A stretch of DNA of 64,000 bases, from the NCBI GenBank assembly GCA_041753155.1, contig JBGSVA010000004.1, positions 2,883-66,882 of the forward strand, read 5' to 3'. This DNA is from Thermodesulfobacteriota bacterium (lineage in GTDB: Bacteria > Desulfobacterota_D > UBA1144 > Nemesobacterales > UBA2774). Shown here in pieces: positions 29,388 to 39,002 of the stretch. The stretch's first letter is position 1; each line of letters opens with the position of its first letter. The notes beneath the pieces were generated by a model. It did no database searches. It saw nothing but the letters and a program-made list of their open reading frames with translations, and was not told where the DNA came from. The position numbers and the translations under genes are program-made.

Positions 29388-29548
29388 TGTCTTTGCGAGA
29401 AACGAAGTGACGAAGCAATCTCGTTTTCCATACCGCGCCCTCCGCTCAGACTAACAACTGCGGTAATATCGTATGCCTGCTGCGGTCCGCAGCCCCGTTC
29501 GCACTGAGCAGGAGCCTGTCCTGAGCTAGTCGAAGGGTCGAAGTGCGG
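29388..29548. repeat. REP/RPE-like miniature elements, one nested in another
   Basis: GTCTTTGCGAG...GAAGCAATCTC (29389..29422); GTTCGCACTGAGC...GTCGAAGTGC interrupted by CCTGTCCTGAGCTAGTCGAAGG (29497..29548). Confidence 0.6.
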
Positions 29549-29589
29549 TTGTATATCGCTATTGTCGATCTATTTTCAATAATTGAAGA

Positions 29590-30042
29590 CTAAGGCTGAA
29601 TCTCCAAAAAATACCCCTGCTCTTTAAAAAGCTTCTTGAACTTCCCGGGAATGGGAACGACCTTCCGCTCGGCGTAATCCATGAACACGATCCCGGTTTT
29701 GGCGAGCGCGACCTCCCTCCCCGTCTCCTTCTCGCTCAATCTGTAAACGAGGTCGCAGCCGTACTTGACGAAATCGCACACAGCGACCTCTACGGTCATG
29801 GTCTCACCGTAGAAGCTCTCCGATTTATAGACGATCGCGACGTCCGACAATATGATCCCGGGCCCGTCCACATCGAGCTCGGAGAAGCCGAAATGTCTGA
29901 AGAACCTGACCCTCGCCTCGTGCGTGAGGGAGAGTATCGAGTCATGCCCGAGATGCCCGCCGTAGTTTATATCGCTTATCCTCAGGCCGATTTCCGTAGA
30001 GAACACCGAGCCCCCGGGGAATTCCATCTTTATCCTTGCCAT
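29590..30042 (-). CDS. 4-hydroxybenzoyl-CoA thioesterase (4HBT) family thioesterase
   Basis: LRISDINYGGHLGHD, HEARVRF, AKTGIVFMDY. Confidence 0.85.
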   Translation of the reverse strand: MARIKMEFPGGSVFSTEIGLRISDINYGGHLGHDSILSLTHEARVRFFRHFGFSELDVDGPGIILSDVAIVYKSESFYGETMTVEVAVCDFVKYGCDLVYRLSEKETGREVALAKTGIVFMDYAERKVVPIPGKFKKLFKEQGYFLEIQP

Positions 30043-30152
30043 TAGAGTTTCCTTTTAAATATCGATTATCTATTCTCGGAGCCGATTGCGGACAGGGATA
30101 CACGTCAGGCCGCCGATTTATTTCCATTTTCACGGACTGCTTAAATTACCGG

Positions 30153-30182
30153 TTGACATCCTGCCGAATCATTTGCTAAATT
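30153..30182 (+). promoter_or_regulatory. sigma70 promoter candidate
   Basis: TTGACA-N18-TAAATT with extended -10 TG, upstream of 30224. Confidence 0.5.
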
Positions 30183-30223
30183 TGTAGTATACTCAAAGTA
30201 GCGACACGGGTGTAGAACAAGCG

Positions 30224-30772
30224 ATGACGATCAGCAAAATCAACTCTGCTTCCATAAAATCGTTCTTCGGGAACCTCGTCCATATGAGCTTCCTCGACCT
30301 CGGCAAGGAAAAGGACAGGGACGCGGCCGGGTACCTGATCGACATGCTGACCGAATTCGCCCGGACCGAGAGCCTCTATAAACTCCACGACTCCGAAGGT
30401 AAGAATATCCAGACTATCGTAGAAATCCTGCTCGAAAGCAAAAACACTCAGGCCGACAACTCCGGGTATGAGAGGGAAGTGAGGAAGTACGTGGGGGATT
30501 TCGCACTGTTCATGAGCGGCATATTCAGGGACCATGTGAACAGGGGCTCATACCTCCGCTACTACCTGAACGAGGGGATGAAGTCATACTTCGTCGTATC
30601 ACAGCTCGACCTAGAGAGGGGCGAAGGGAACCCCATCATGTTCAGCAAGCTGTCGAGGGAGTTCGAATTCTATTCGGGCGCGCTCGATTACATGAGGAGG
30701 GTCTATTTCGGCCCCGAACATCAGGATCCTTACAGGAGCTTCGCCGCCCAGCTTTCCAGGATCAGGCACTGA
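30224..30772 (+). CDS. Conserved-looking hypothetical protein
   Basis: Host-like codon usage, upstream promoter, motif RKYVGDFALFMSGIF; function not recognised. Confidence 0.7.
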   Translation: MTISKINSASIKSFFGNLVHMSFLDLGKEKDRDAAGYLIDMLTEFARTESLYKLHDSEGKNIQTIVEILLESKNTQADNSGYEREVRKYVGDFALFMSGIFRDHVNRGSYLRYYLNEGMKSYFVVSQLDLERGEGNPIMFSKLSREFEFYSGALDYMRRVYFGPEHQDPYRSFAAQLSRIRH

Positions 30773-30820
30773 GGCTTTTCAGATATATACCGACCCGCGC
30801 GCCGGTAATATTGCCGTCGA

Positions 30821-31870
30821 TCAACTTCTGAAATACGGGATTATTTCACCGGATATTGCATTCATCGACGCTTCTCTATCCGGGCTGAAGTCCCTCATTA
30901 TGAAGTGCTCGACGCCCGTGTCGGCATACTCTTCCAGTCTCCCTATTACGTCCCTCACCGAGCCGGCAGCTACGAAATCGAATACGATTTCGCGGGAATA
31001 ATATTTATCGCCCATCTCCCTGAACCGCTTCAGCATCCCGGTATCGTTGGGCATGATTTTCGTGTATTCGAGTCCCTTGTATTCGTCGTCGATCTTGATA
31101 TCGTACCCTGCCTGCGTGAGGAGCTCGGGCCATATCAGCGCGTGCTTGATAGGCTCGAGAGACTTGTAGGCCTCGTCCTTGCTCCCCGCAATGGAAGTGA
31201 ATATATAGAGCGTCTTCTCCGGGCCCGCCGAACCGTCCTCCCTCTCCCGCGCCCCCTCCCCGACCGCGCGGGCTTTCTCGGCGAAGAGCCCGGGCGGCAT
31301 GGCGTTCGTCACCCATCCGTCACCGTATTTTCCCGCGATCCCGAGGGCCCTCGGCCCCGTGGCGGCAACGTATATCGGGACCCGCTTATCATTCACGGGC
31401 TGTATCCTGAGCTCCGCGTCTTTAAGCTTGTATATCTCTCCGTCGAAATTCACGGGCTCCCCGCTCCAGAGCGCGCGCATAATTTTGATCGATTCCTCGA
31501 CGCGGGTGAGCGGCCTGTCCCACGCTATGCCGTAGGGATCGAGGTTCATCTTTTCCCCGTACCCGACACAGACGAAAATCCTTCCGTTCGAAATCCTGTC
31601 CACGGTCGCAAGCCTGTGAGCGAATACCGCGGGGTGCATCCTGTGGGCGTCGCCGACCGTGCCCATTTTTATTTTCCCGGTTTTCATTGCCGCAGCGGTC
31701 ACCACCGACCAGACCTCAGGGGTTATTCTATTGGCCATGAATACGATATGGTCCGGGAACCAGAGTGTGTCGAACCCGGCGTCCTCGGCGGTTTTCGCGA
31801 ACCGGATCAGCCCCTCGACCGATTCTCCGGGGACGGGCGCAGTAATGCCGAACCTGATGTTTTTAGCCAT
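30821..31870 (-). CDS. LLM-class (luciferase-like) flavin/F420-dependent oxidoreductase
   Basis: AEDAGFDTLWFPDH, TVDRISNGR, PIYVAATGPRAL..AGKYGDGW. Confidence 0.88.
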   Translation of the reverse strand: MAKNIRFGITAPVPGESVEGLIRFAKTAEDAGFDTLWFPDHIVFMANRITPEVWSVVTAAAMKTGKIKMGTVGDAHRMHPAVFAHRLATVDRISNGRIFVCVGYGEKMNLDPYGIAWDRPLTRVEESIKIMRALWSGEPVNFDGEIYKLKDAELRIQPVNDKRVPIYVAATGPRALGIAGKYGDGWVTNAMPPGLFAEKARAVGEGAREREDGSAGPEKTLYIFTSIAGSKDEAYKSLEPIKHALIWPELLTQAGYDIKIDDEYKGLEYTKIMPNDTGMLKRFREMGDKYYSREIVFDFVAAGSVRDVIGRLEEYADTGVEHFIMRDFSPDREASMNAISGEIIPYFRS

Positions 31871-31937
31871 TTTTAGAGCCCCCTTTTCTTCACATAAAGC
31901 TCAGGAATTATACACAAAAGTATTTTAAACTATTAAC

Positions 31938-31966
31938 TTGATTTTTGTAAAACCAAGAGTTATTAT
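31938..31966 (+). promoter_or_regulatory. sigma70 promoter candidate for the PUR-domain gene
   Basis: TTGATT-N17-TATTAT. Confidence 0.5.
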
Positions 31967-32038
31967 TTCCTACCCAAATACACCACAACATCGAATTCCC
32001 CCCAAAACGAGCGGGAAAGAGGCGGAGGTAGACAGATA

Positions 32039-32278
32039 ATGGACAGACTTGAGAAAGACGAGAAGGAACATGCAAGCAAGCACGTCGACATAGAATCGAA
32101 GCGTTTCTTCTTCGACGTGAAAGAAAATCACAAAGGCAAATATCTGAGAATTACGGAGCTCAGCGGCGGCAGGTCCTGCATCGTAATCCCGCTCGGCGGA
32201 ATCAACCTCTTCAAAGAGAGGCTGGGAGAAGTGATTCAGGAAGCCGAGAAGCTCATCGACACTAACGGCAGCATGTAG
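32039..32278 (+). CDS. PUR-domain (Pur-alpha-like) nucleic-acid binding protein
   Basis: SKHVDIESKRFFFDVKENHKGKYLRITE...RSCIVIP fits the PUR repeat pattern; GGAGG RBS. Confidence 0.8.
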   Translation: MDRLEKDEKEHASKHVDIESKRFFFDVKENHKGKYLRITELSGGRSCIVIPLGGINLFKERLGEVIQEAEKLIDTNGSM

Positions 32279-32389
32279 TCCCCTCGGTCGGCAATATCCG
32301 CAAGGGAATTTGCCCGTATCTGCGTACAATCGAAATATGACATTTCCGGCCGTTAGAGCGGAAGGGAGGGTTATATACGGAGTTATGTA

Positions 32390-33652
32390 CTAATCCTTAA
32401 ATTCCGGAATCGTTTCCCCGCTCAGCATTTCGTCGTAGGTCTCCCTCTTCCTGACTATTCGGAAATCACCGCCTTTTACCAGGACTTCGGGCACTCGGGG
32501 CCGCGTGTTGTAGTTGGAGGACATAGCGAAACCGTATGCGCCCGCGCTCATGACCGCAAGCAGGTCTCCGTTCCTTACCTTTGGGAATTTTCTGTCCTTC
32601 GCGAGGAAGTCGCCTGACTCGCAGATAGGCCCGACAACGTCGACCTTTTCGACGGCCCCGGCGGGTCCCCTCACCGTAAGGATCTCATGGTATGACTCGT
32701 AGAACGCAGGGCGTATGAGGTCGTTCATCGCCGCATCGACTATAACGAACTTCTTCGCCGTCCCTTCCTTCAGGAACAAGACCTTCGTCACGAGCATACC
32801 GGCGTTGCCTACGAGCGACCTCCCCGGCTCGAGCACGAGTTTGTAGGGCTTTCCGCCGACGAGCCCCGTTATCACCTGGGCGTACTCCTTCGGATGGGGC
32901 GGCACCTCGTCCATTTTGTAGCTTATGCCGAGGCCGCCCCCGATGTCGATGTATTCTATACCGACGCCTTTATCTATGAGATCGTCAGCCAGATTCACGA
33001 GCTTCGTTAAAGAATCGACGAAGGGAGTGAGCTCGAATATCTGGGAGCCTATGTGAGCGTCTATGGCGGTGACGCGAATACCGTCCATAGAGCTCGCTTC
33101 CTCATAGACTTCGACCGCCTTTCCTATCTCGATACCGAATTTGCTCTTTTTAAATCCGGTAGAGATATAGGGGTGCGTCTTCGGGTCTATGTCCGGGTTC
33201 ACGCGGAGAGCAACGGGCGCTTTCCTGCCGAGCTCTTTCCCCACCCTGTTCAGAAGGCGAAGCTCCTCGACCGATTCCACGTTAAAGAACAGTATCTCCG
33301 CCTCGATCGCGGCCCTCATCTCCTCCTCTGTTTTGCCCACGCCTGAAAATACGACTTTCGACGTGTCGCCCCCGGCGCGCATCACCCTGACGAGCTCGCC
33401 CAGAGAAACGATATCGAACCCCGCCCCGAGTCCGGCGAACGCATTCAGTATGGCGAGATTGGAATTCGCCTTCACCGAATAGCACATCAGCGTATCGATC
33501 CCGGAAAAGGCGTCCCTGTAGCTCAAGAACGCGTCCCTCAGCACCGCGTAGCTGTATATGTAGCAAGGGGTCCCCGCGGCCTCAGCGATCTTTCTTACCG
33601 GGACGTCCTCGACGTAGAGCTCACCGTCTCTGTATTGATAGGAATGGTGCAT
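32390..33652 (-). CDS. lysA: Diaminopimelate decarboxylase
   Basis: YSVKAN, THPYISTG..SKFG, HIGSQ, EPGRSLVG, GPICESGD, GAYG..MSSNYN.RPR. Confidence 0.95.
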   Translation of the reverse strand: MHHSYQYRDGELYVEDVPVRKIAEAAGTPCYIYSYAVLRDAFLSYRDAFSGIDTLMCYSVKANSNLAILNAFAGLGAGFDIVSLGELVRVMRAGGDTSKVVFSGVGKTEEEMRAAIEAEILFFNVESVEELRLLNRVGKELGRKAPVALRVNPDIDPKTHPYISTGFKKSKFGIEIGKAVEVYEEASSMDGIRVTAIDAHIGSQIFELTPFVDSLTKLVNLADDLIDKGVGIEYIDIGGGLGISYKMDEVPPHPKEYAQVITGLVGGKPYKLVLEPGRSLVGNAGMLVTKVLFLKEGTAKKFVIVDAAMNDLIRPAFYESYHEILTVRGPAGAVEKVDVVGPICESGDFLAKDRKFPKVRNGDLLAVMSAGAYGFAMSSNYNTRPRVPEVLVKGGDFRIVRKRETYDEMLSGETIPEFKD

Positions 33653-33765
33653 TGTACGAATTCTCCTTGGAGCAAACTGGGAAAAATTTACACAAACTAA
33701 TTTAAATGAAAACAGGGATGATTAAAGCCGGAATCTATCCGGAATTAGCAAATAGCCGCGGCGTT

Positions 33766-34359
33766 CTACAGCTTCCCCTTCAAATAATCGTCCACGTAAT
33801 CGAGCCTGTCGTTCCCCCAGAACATCTTTTCCCCTATGAATATGGTGGGAGCCCCGAACGCCCCCCGCGCAGCCGCTTTCGAGGTCTCCTCCCTGAGCCT
33901 GTCTTTAATATCCTGCTCCCCTATGCGCGCGATAAACCACTCGGGGTCGATGCCTATCCCTGCGACCGCCTCCTTGAGCGCGTCGTCCTTGCTCAGGTCC
34001 CGTCCCTCGGTCCAGTATAGCCTGAACAGTTGATGGTTATACTCCGCTAACTTACCCTTTTCGGCGGCTGCGAAAGCCCCCCTCATTGCCTTTACGGTGT
34101 TCAGGGGAAATATTGCGGGGAATTTGAATTCCACACCGAAATGTTTGGCGGAGTCCCGGGTATCCTGTTTTATATATGCGAATTTGTTGCCGATCTCAAT
34201 TGCCGGCTTCACACCGGTATCGTTGAAGAGTCCGCCGAGTAAAAAGGGCTTCCATTCGAGCTCTGCGCCGTTGTCCTCGCATATTTTCTCAATCCTGGTT
34301 GAGGCTATATATGTATAAGGGCTGCTGAAATCATAGTAGAATTCGACCCTCTTACCCAT
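33766..34359 (-). CDS. 2-hydroxychromene-2-carboxylate isomerase / DsbA (GST-kappa) family
   Basis: FYYDFSSPYTY, GAFGAPTIF, FWGNDRL; start moved to MGKRVEF (ATG at 34359). Confidence 0.88.
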   Translation of the reverse strand: MGKRVEFYYDFSSPYTYIASTRIEKICEDNGAELEWKPFLLGGLFNDTGVKPAIEIGNKFAYIKQDTRDSAKHFGVEFKFPAIFPLNTVKAMRGAFAAAEKGKLAEYNHQLFRLYWTEGRDLSKDDALKEAVAGIGIDPEWFIARIGEQDIKDRLREETSKAAARGAFGAPTIFIGEKMFWGNDRLDYVDDYLKGKL

Positions 34360-34522
34360 TCTTCGTCTCCGGTACGCGTTAGTGTAGATGGGATTATATG
34401 AAATAAGGGGTTTAATATCAAGCCTGCGGGAATCCGTTCGGGTTCCGCATCTTCCGCCCCCTTTCCGATTGACCGAGCCCGCTCCTGTGATAAACTCAGA
34501 TATATAATTATAACCAGCCAAA

Positions 34523-36478
34523 ATGACGAGCAATTTTTCATTCAACGGACTGAGGGTCACGGCGTTTGAAAGCCGGAGGGCGAAGGAGATAGAGAAGCTG
34601 ATACTCTATCACGGAGGGGTGCCGAGGGTTGCGCCTTCGATGAGGGAAGTCCCCCTGTCGGAGTCAGGCGACGCCCTCAAATTCGCCGGGAATCTTATCC
34701 ATGGCAAATTCGACATCGTAATCCTCATGACAGGCGTCGGTACGCGCTCACTCGCGGAGGCCGTTTCGAAAAAATACCCGCTCGATGAATTCACGAAAGC
34801 CCTGTCTAAAACGAAAGTAGTCGCACGCGGTCCGAAACCCGTGGCCGCCCTAAGGGAGCTCGGGCTTACTCCCGACATCACGGTCCCCGAGCCCAACACA
34901 TGGCATGATATCCTGACCACTCTCGACAACGAGCTCGGGGTCAGCGGCAAAAACGTCGCCGTCCAGGAGTACGGTATCTCGAATGAAGAGTTCATCGAGG
35001 AGCTCAAGAAGCGGGGTGCTATTGTAACAGCCGTGCCTGTATATAGATGGGCCCTCCCCGAAGATACAAAGCCGCTCCGCGAGGCAATCAAATCGATAAC
35101 TGCTATGAATGAAGATATTTCGCTCTTCACTAGCTCCCAGCAGATTTACCATCTGTTCGATGTAGCGGCTGAAGAAGGTCTCGCCGACCGCCTGAGAGAG
35201 GGCTTTAAAGAGGTAGCCATAGGCTCCATAGGACCGACCACGACGGAGGCGCTCGCGAGGTTCGGACTCGCGGCCGATTATGAGCCTGACAGCCCGAAGA
35301 TGGGGAACCTCATACGCGAGATGGCGAGGAGCGGCGGCGAGCTTCTAAGAAAAAAGAGGACGGCCCACAAAAACGGCGTGGACACCAACAGCTGGCGCCG
35401 CGTTCGGATGATATGGAACGGGGACAAGGCTGAAACGAGAAAGAGCATTACAGATAACTCGGCGTTCATGAAGGCGTGCCGCAGGGAAAAGACCGGTTTC
35501 ACGCCGGTATGGCTCATGCGCCAGGCCGGGAGGTTCATGCGGGAATACAGGGAGCTCCGGGCGAAGGTGTCCTTCCTCGACCTCTGCAAGACACCCGAGC
35601 TTGCGGCCGAGGTTACGCTGAGCGCCGTAGACAGGCTCGGCGTCGACGCGGCCATAATATTCTCGGACATTCTGCTCATAATCGAGCCCCTCGGAATAGA
35701 GCTCGAATTCTCTAAAGCGGAAGGACCCAGAATATTAAGGCCGGTCCGCTCTGGAAACGCAGTCGACCGCTTGCGGGATTTCGAGCCTGAGACCATGGGA
35801 TTCGTATACGAAGCGGTCGGCACCACGCGCCGGGCGCTCGACCCGGAAAAGGCGCTCATCGGATTCGCGGGCGCGCCCTTCACTGTGGCGTCCTACGTGA
35901 TAGAAGGAGGGGGCTCGCGGAATTACGAGAACACGAAGCAGCTCATGTACAGGGACCCCGGGGCATGGCACACGATCATGGAAAAACTGACGGATGCAAC
36001 CGGGAAATACCTCAACAGACAGATAGCATCGGGCGCCGACGCCGTTCAGCTCTTCGACAGCTGGGTCGGCTGCCTGTCGCCTGACGATTACAGGGAATAC
36101 GTATTACCTCACATGAAGAAGCTCATTGGCTCGATCGAGAAAGGAGTCCCCGTGATAAATTTCGGCACGGGAACGTCGTCACTACTCGAGATGATGAAGG
36201 AATGCGGCAGCTCCGTTATGGGTTTTGACTGGAGGGTCGACCTGGCATCGGCCTGGAAGAGGGTCGGATACGACGTAGCGGTACAGGGGAACCTCGACCC
36301 GGTAGTCCTCCATGCGGGTCACGCAGAGATAAGGAAAAAAGCCGAAGACATCCTCGACAAAGCCTCGGGAAGGCCCGGGCACATATTCAATCTCGGCCAC
36401 GGCATACTCCCCCGGACGCCAGTAGATAACGTGCTCGCGCTCGTGGACGCCGTTCACGAATACACAGCCGGGAAATAA
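34523..36478 (+). CDS. hemE: Uroporphyrinogen-III synthase (HemD) - uroporphyrinogen decarboxylase (HemE) fusion
   Basis: N-terminal FESRRA, MTGVG, ARGPKP, VYRWALP, SIGPTT (HemD); C-terminal PVWLMRQAGR, AAIIFSDIL, IGFAGAPFT, VQLFDSW, QGNLDP, FNLGHGI (HemE). Confidence 0.9.
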   Translation: MTSNFSFNGLRVTAFESRRAKEIEKLILYHGGVPRVAPSMREVPLSESGDALKFAGNLIHGKFDIVILMTGVGTRSLAEAVSKKYPLDEFTKALSKTKVVARGPKPVAALRELGLTPDITVPEPNTWHDILTTLDNELGVSGKNVAVQEYGISNEEFIEELKKRGAIVTAVPVYRWALPEDTKPLREAIKSITAMNEDISLFTSSQQIYHLFDVAAEEGLADRLREGFKEVAIGSIGPTTTEALARFGLAADYEPDSPKMGNLIREMARSGGELLRKKRTAHKNGVDTNSWRRVRMIWNGDKAETRKSITDNSAFMKACRREKTGFTPVWLMRQAGRFMREYRELRAKVSFLDLCKTPELAAEVTLSAVDRLGVDAAIIFSDILLIIEPLGIELEFSKAEGPRILRPVRSGNAVDRLRDFEPETMGFVYEAVGTTRRALDPEKALIGFAGAPFTVASYVIEGGGSRNYENTKQLMYRDPGAWHTIMEKLTDATGKYLNRQIASGADAVQLFDSWVGCLSPDDYREYVLPHMKKLIGSIEKGVPVINFGTGTSSLLEMMKECGSSVMGFDWRVDLASAWKRVGYDVAVQGNLDPVVLHAGHAEIRKKAEDILDKASGRPGHIFNLGHGILPRTPVDNVLALVDAVHEYTAGK

Positions 36479-36511
36479 TATAATCTCGGAAATAAAGGAA
36501 GATCGATAACG

Positions 36512-37435
36512 ATGGGGAATAAATTCGACGCCGTACTGCTGATAGGATACGGCGGTCCCGAAAAACCCGAAGATATTCGCCTGTTCTTGGACATTGTGGC
36601 AATGGGACGTCCGATACCGAAAGAAAGGCTTGAGGAAGTCGCTCACCACTACGAACTTATCGGTGGAAGATCCCCGTTCAACGAACTTACGTTCAAACAG
36701 GCAAAGGCCCTCGAAAACAAACTTTCCGAAGAGGGTTACAGAATTCCCGTATATGTCGGGATGAGGAACTGGGATCCGCTCCTGGGAGACACAATCAAGG
36801 AAATGGCCCAAAACGGAGTCAAAAAGGCTCTGGGGATGATAATGTCGGCGCACCAGTGCGAAGCGAGCTGGGAAAGATACATGCTGAACGTAAGAGAGGG
36901 TCAGTTTGAAGCCGCGACCCACATCGAATTCGAATACACGGCGCCCCTATTCGAGCACCCTCTTTTCATCGAAGACTCCGCCGACCGTGTAGCGGAATGC
37001 TTCGAGCAGATTCCGCCAGGAGAGAGAAAGGATACGATGATACTTTTCTCCGCGCACAGCATCCCCGTCCCGATGGCGGAAAGCTCTCCCTACGTGGAGC
37101 AGCTAATGACCACCGCACGTCTCATCGCGGAGAGGCTCGGTCACGATAAATGGAGGCTCGTATATCAGAGCAGGAGCGGACGACCGCAGGACCCGTGGCT
37201 CGAGCCCGACGTATGCGATGTCATACGAGAGGTCGCAAATGATGGTGTGCGGTATACGATAGTACAGCCGATCGGGTTCCTCTGCGACCACGTGGAGGTG
37301 CTTTTCGACATAGGGATCGAGGCGAAGGAAGCCGCGGACGAGGCGGGGATAACACTCATCCGCGCCCAAACCGTGAATGACGACCCCAAATTCATAGCGG
37401 CCATGGCAGACGCGGTGAAAAAAATAATCGGCTGA
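36512..37435 (+). CDS. hemH: Ferrochelatase
   Basis: GGRSP, YVGMRNWDP, FSAHSIP, YQSRSG...WLEPD, PIGFLCDHVEVLFD. Confidence 0.92.
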   Translation: MGNKFDAVLLIGYGGPEKPEDIRLFLDIVAMGRPIPKERLEEVAHHYELIGGRSPFNELTFKQAKALENKLSEEGYRIPVYVGMRNWDPLLGDTIKEMAQNGVKKALGMIMSAHQCEASWERYMLNVREGQFEAATHIEFEYTAPLFEHPLFIEDSADRVAECFEQIPPGERKDTMILFSAHSIPVPMAESSPYVEQLMTTARLIAERLGHDKWRLVYQSRSGRPQDPWLEPDVCDVIREVANDGVRYTIVQPIGFLCDHVEVLFDIGIEAKEAADEAGITLIRAQTVNDDPKFIAAMADAVKKIIG

Positions 37436-37495
37436 TCCGGCCGACGCCCGAAACCGTAGTATAGATATATTCACATCGCTCAGGTGAGAAGAGTT

Positions 37496-37975
37496 ATGCC
37501 CGCTTATGAATTCGTGACAACCTGGCGCATTAAAGCCCCCCTCGATAAGGTTTGGAATGAAATTTACTATTCGGAGAAGTGGCCCGAATGGTGGAGGGGG
37601 GTCGAAGAAGTCACGGAGCTTAAGAAGGGAGACGACCTCGGCATAGGCAGCGTCCGCCGCTACACATGGAAGAGCATGCTGCCTTACAGGCTTACGTTCG
37701 ACATGGAGACGGTGCGTGTCGAGCCCATGACCGTCATTGAAGGGATCGCGCAGGGAGAGCTCTCCGGCCGCGGGGTCTGGAATATAAAAGTCGAGGGCGA
37801 TTACGTCACAGCCCGCTACGACTGGCGAGTGGATACAACGAAAGCCTGGATGAACCTGTTAGCGCCGCTCGCGAGGCCGCTCTTCAAGTGGAACCACGAC
37901 ATAGTGATGAGCTGGGGTAGAGAAGGATTAGCAAAGAGGCTCGGCGCAGTCGTAATTGAAGAAAAAGGGGGCTGA
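37496..37975 (+). CDS. SRPBCC / polyketide cyclase family protein
   Basis: [30 protein letters not shown]. Confidence 0.82.
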   Translation: MPAYEFVTTWRIKAPLDKVWNEIYYSEKWPEWWRGVEEVTELKKGDDLGIGSVRRYTWKSMLPYRLTFDMETVRVEPMTVIEGIAQGELSGRGVWNIKVEGDYVTARYDWRVDTTKAWMNLLAPLARPLFKWNHDIVMSWGREGLAKRLGAVVIEEKGG

Positions 37976-37998
37976 GAGTATAATCCCCTGCCCCGCAT

Positions 37999-38430
37999 AT
38001 GAACACCGTACAGAAAGAAATCACGCTCTCCCCCAAACGGCGCGGGTTCCATCTCGTCACCCGCGAGATCGTCGAGCACCTTAAAGAGCTTTCCGAATAC
38101 TCGGCCGGCATCGCGCATATATTCATATGCCACACCTCCGCTTCACTCACGATAAACGAAAACGCATCCCCGGAAGTAAGGGAGGATTTCGAAAGCCATT
38201 TCAATGAACTCGTACCCGAAGAAGCCCCTTACTACGAGCATACGCTCGAGGGCCCGGACGATATGCCCGCTCATATTAAGGCGTCGATACTCGGAAGCTC
38301 GGTGACCGTCCCGGTGAAGGACGGCGGGCTCAATCTCGGCACGTGGCAGGGTATCTATCTATGCGAGCACCGGAACCACGGCGGACCGAGGAAGTTGATT
38401 GTTACGATTATCGGTGAGAGAAAGGTATAG
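37999..38430 (+). CDS. yjbQ: YjbQ (UPF0047) family protein
   Basis: HTSASLTINENA, EGPDDMPAHIK, LGTWQGIYLCEH. Confidence 0.92.
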   Translation: MNTVQKEITLSPKRRGFHLVTREIVEHLKELSEYSAGIAHIFICHTSASLTINENASPEVREDFESHFNELVPEEAPYYEHTLEGPDDMPAHIKASILGSSVTVPVKDGGLNLGTWQGIYLCEHRNHGGPRKLIVTIIGERKV

Positions 38431-38469
38431 TGAAGCGTGGCGATAGTGATATGAATCAATAAGTCGAAT

Positions 38470-38814
38470 TCATCTCCTGCCGATAAAAAAACCGGCGATA
38501 AAACCGAGAGCCAGGAGCGCGGCATACTTTTTCCCGTCGCAACAGGGAATGAAGCGGGTGTCCTCTTCGGTCACCTCGATAACCCCGACGGGCTTTGTCC
38601 GGACCCCAGCCCCCGCGCCGCCGCCCTCTCTGTCAGCACCCTCTTTCTTATCTTTTCCGGTCTCCCCGAACCCCCCGCCGAAGCCGTATATGACCTTGGC
38701 TACCGGGATAATCGTCTTCCCCTGTGCCTCTATAGGCTCTCCGTAAACGGCCTTGACCGCCGCTCCACCGTAGAGCCGCTCCGTTATAGAATCAAAAAAT
38801 TCCTTTAACCTCAT
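38470..38814 (-). CDS. YtfJ/GerW family protein
   Basis: VYGEPI...TIIPVAKV.YGFGGG.G, GGGAGAGV..KPVGVIEV. Confidence 0.8.
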   Translation of the reverse strand: MRLKEFFDSITERLYGGAAVKAVYGEPIEAQGKTIIPVAKVIYGFGGGFGETGKDKKEGADREGGGAGAGVRTKPVGVIEVTEEDTRFIPCCDGKKYAALLALGFIAGFFIGRR

Positions 38815-39002
38815 ACATAAATCATAACACCATAATTATAAAATATCTTCCGGCGTCAGCCGAACGGGATAGATCGACGAGATAGTTCAATGTACCTGGC
38901 GTGAACGTTACGAAATTGTTGTTATGTAACTGTCAAGACAGTATAGTTAATAGCGCATTATCAATATCCGAACGAGAAAAAAGCACATTCCGGAGTATAA
39001 CC

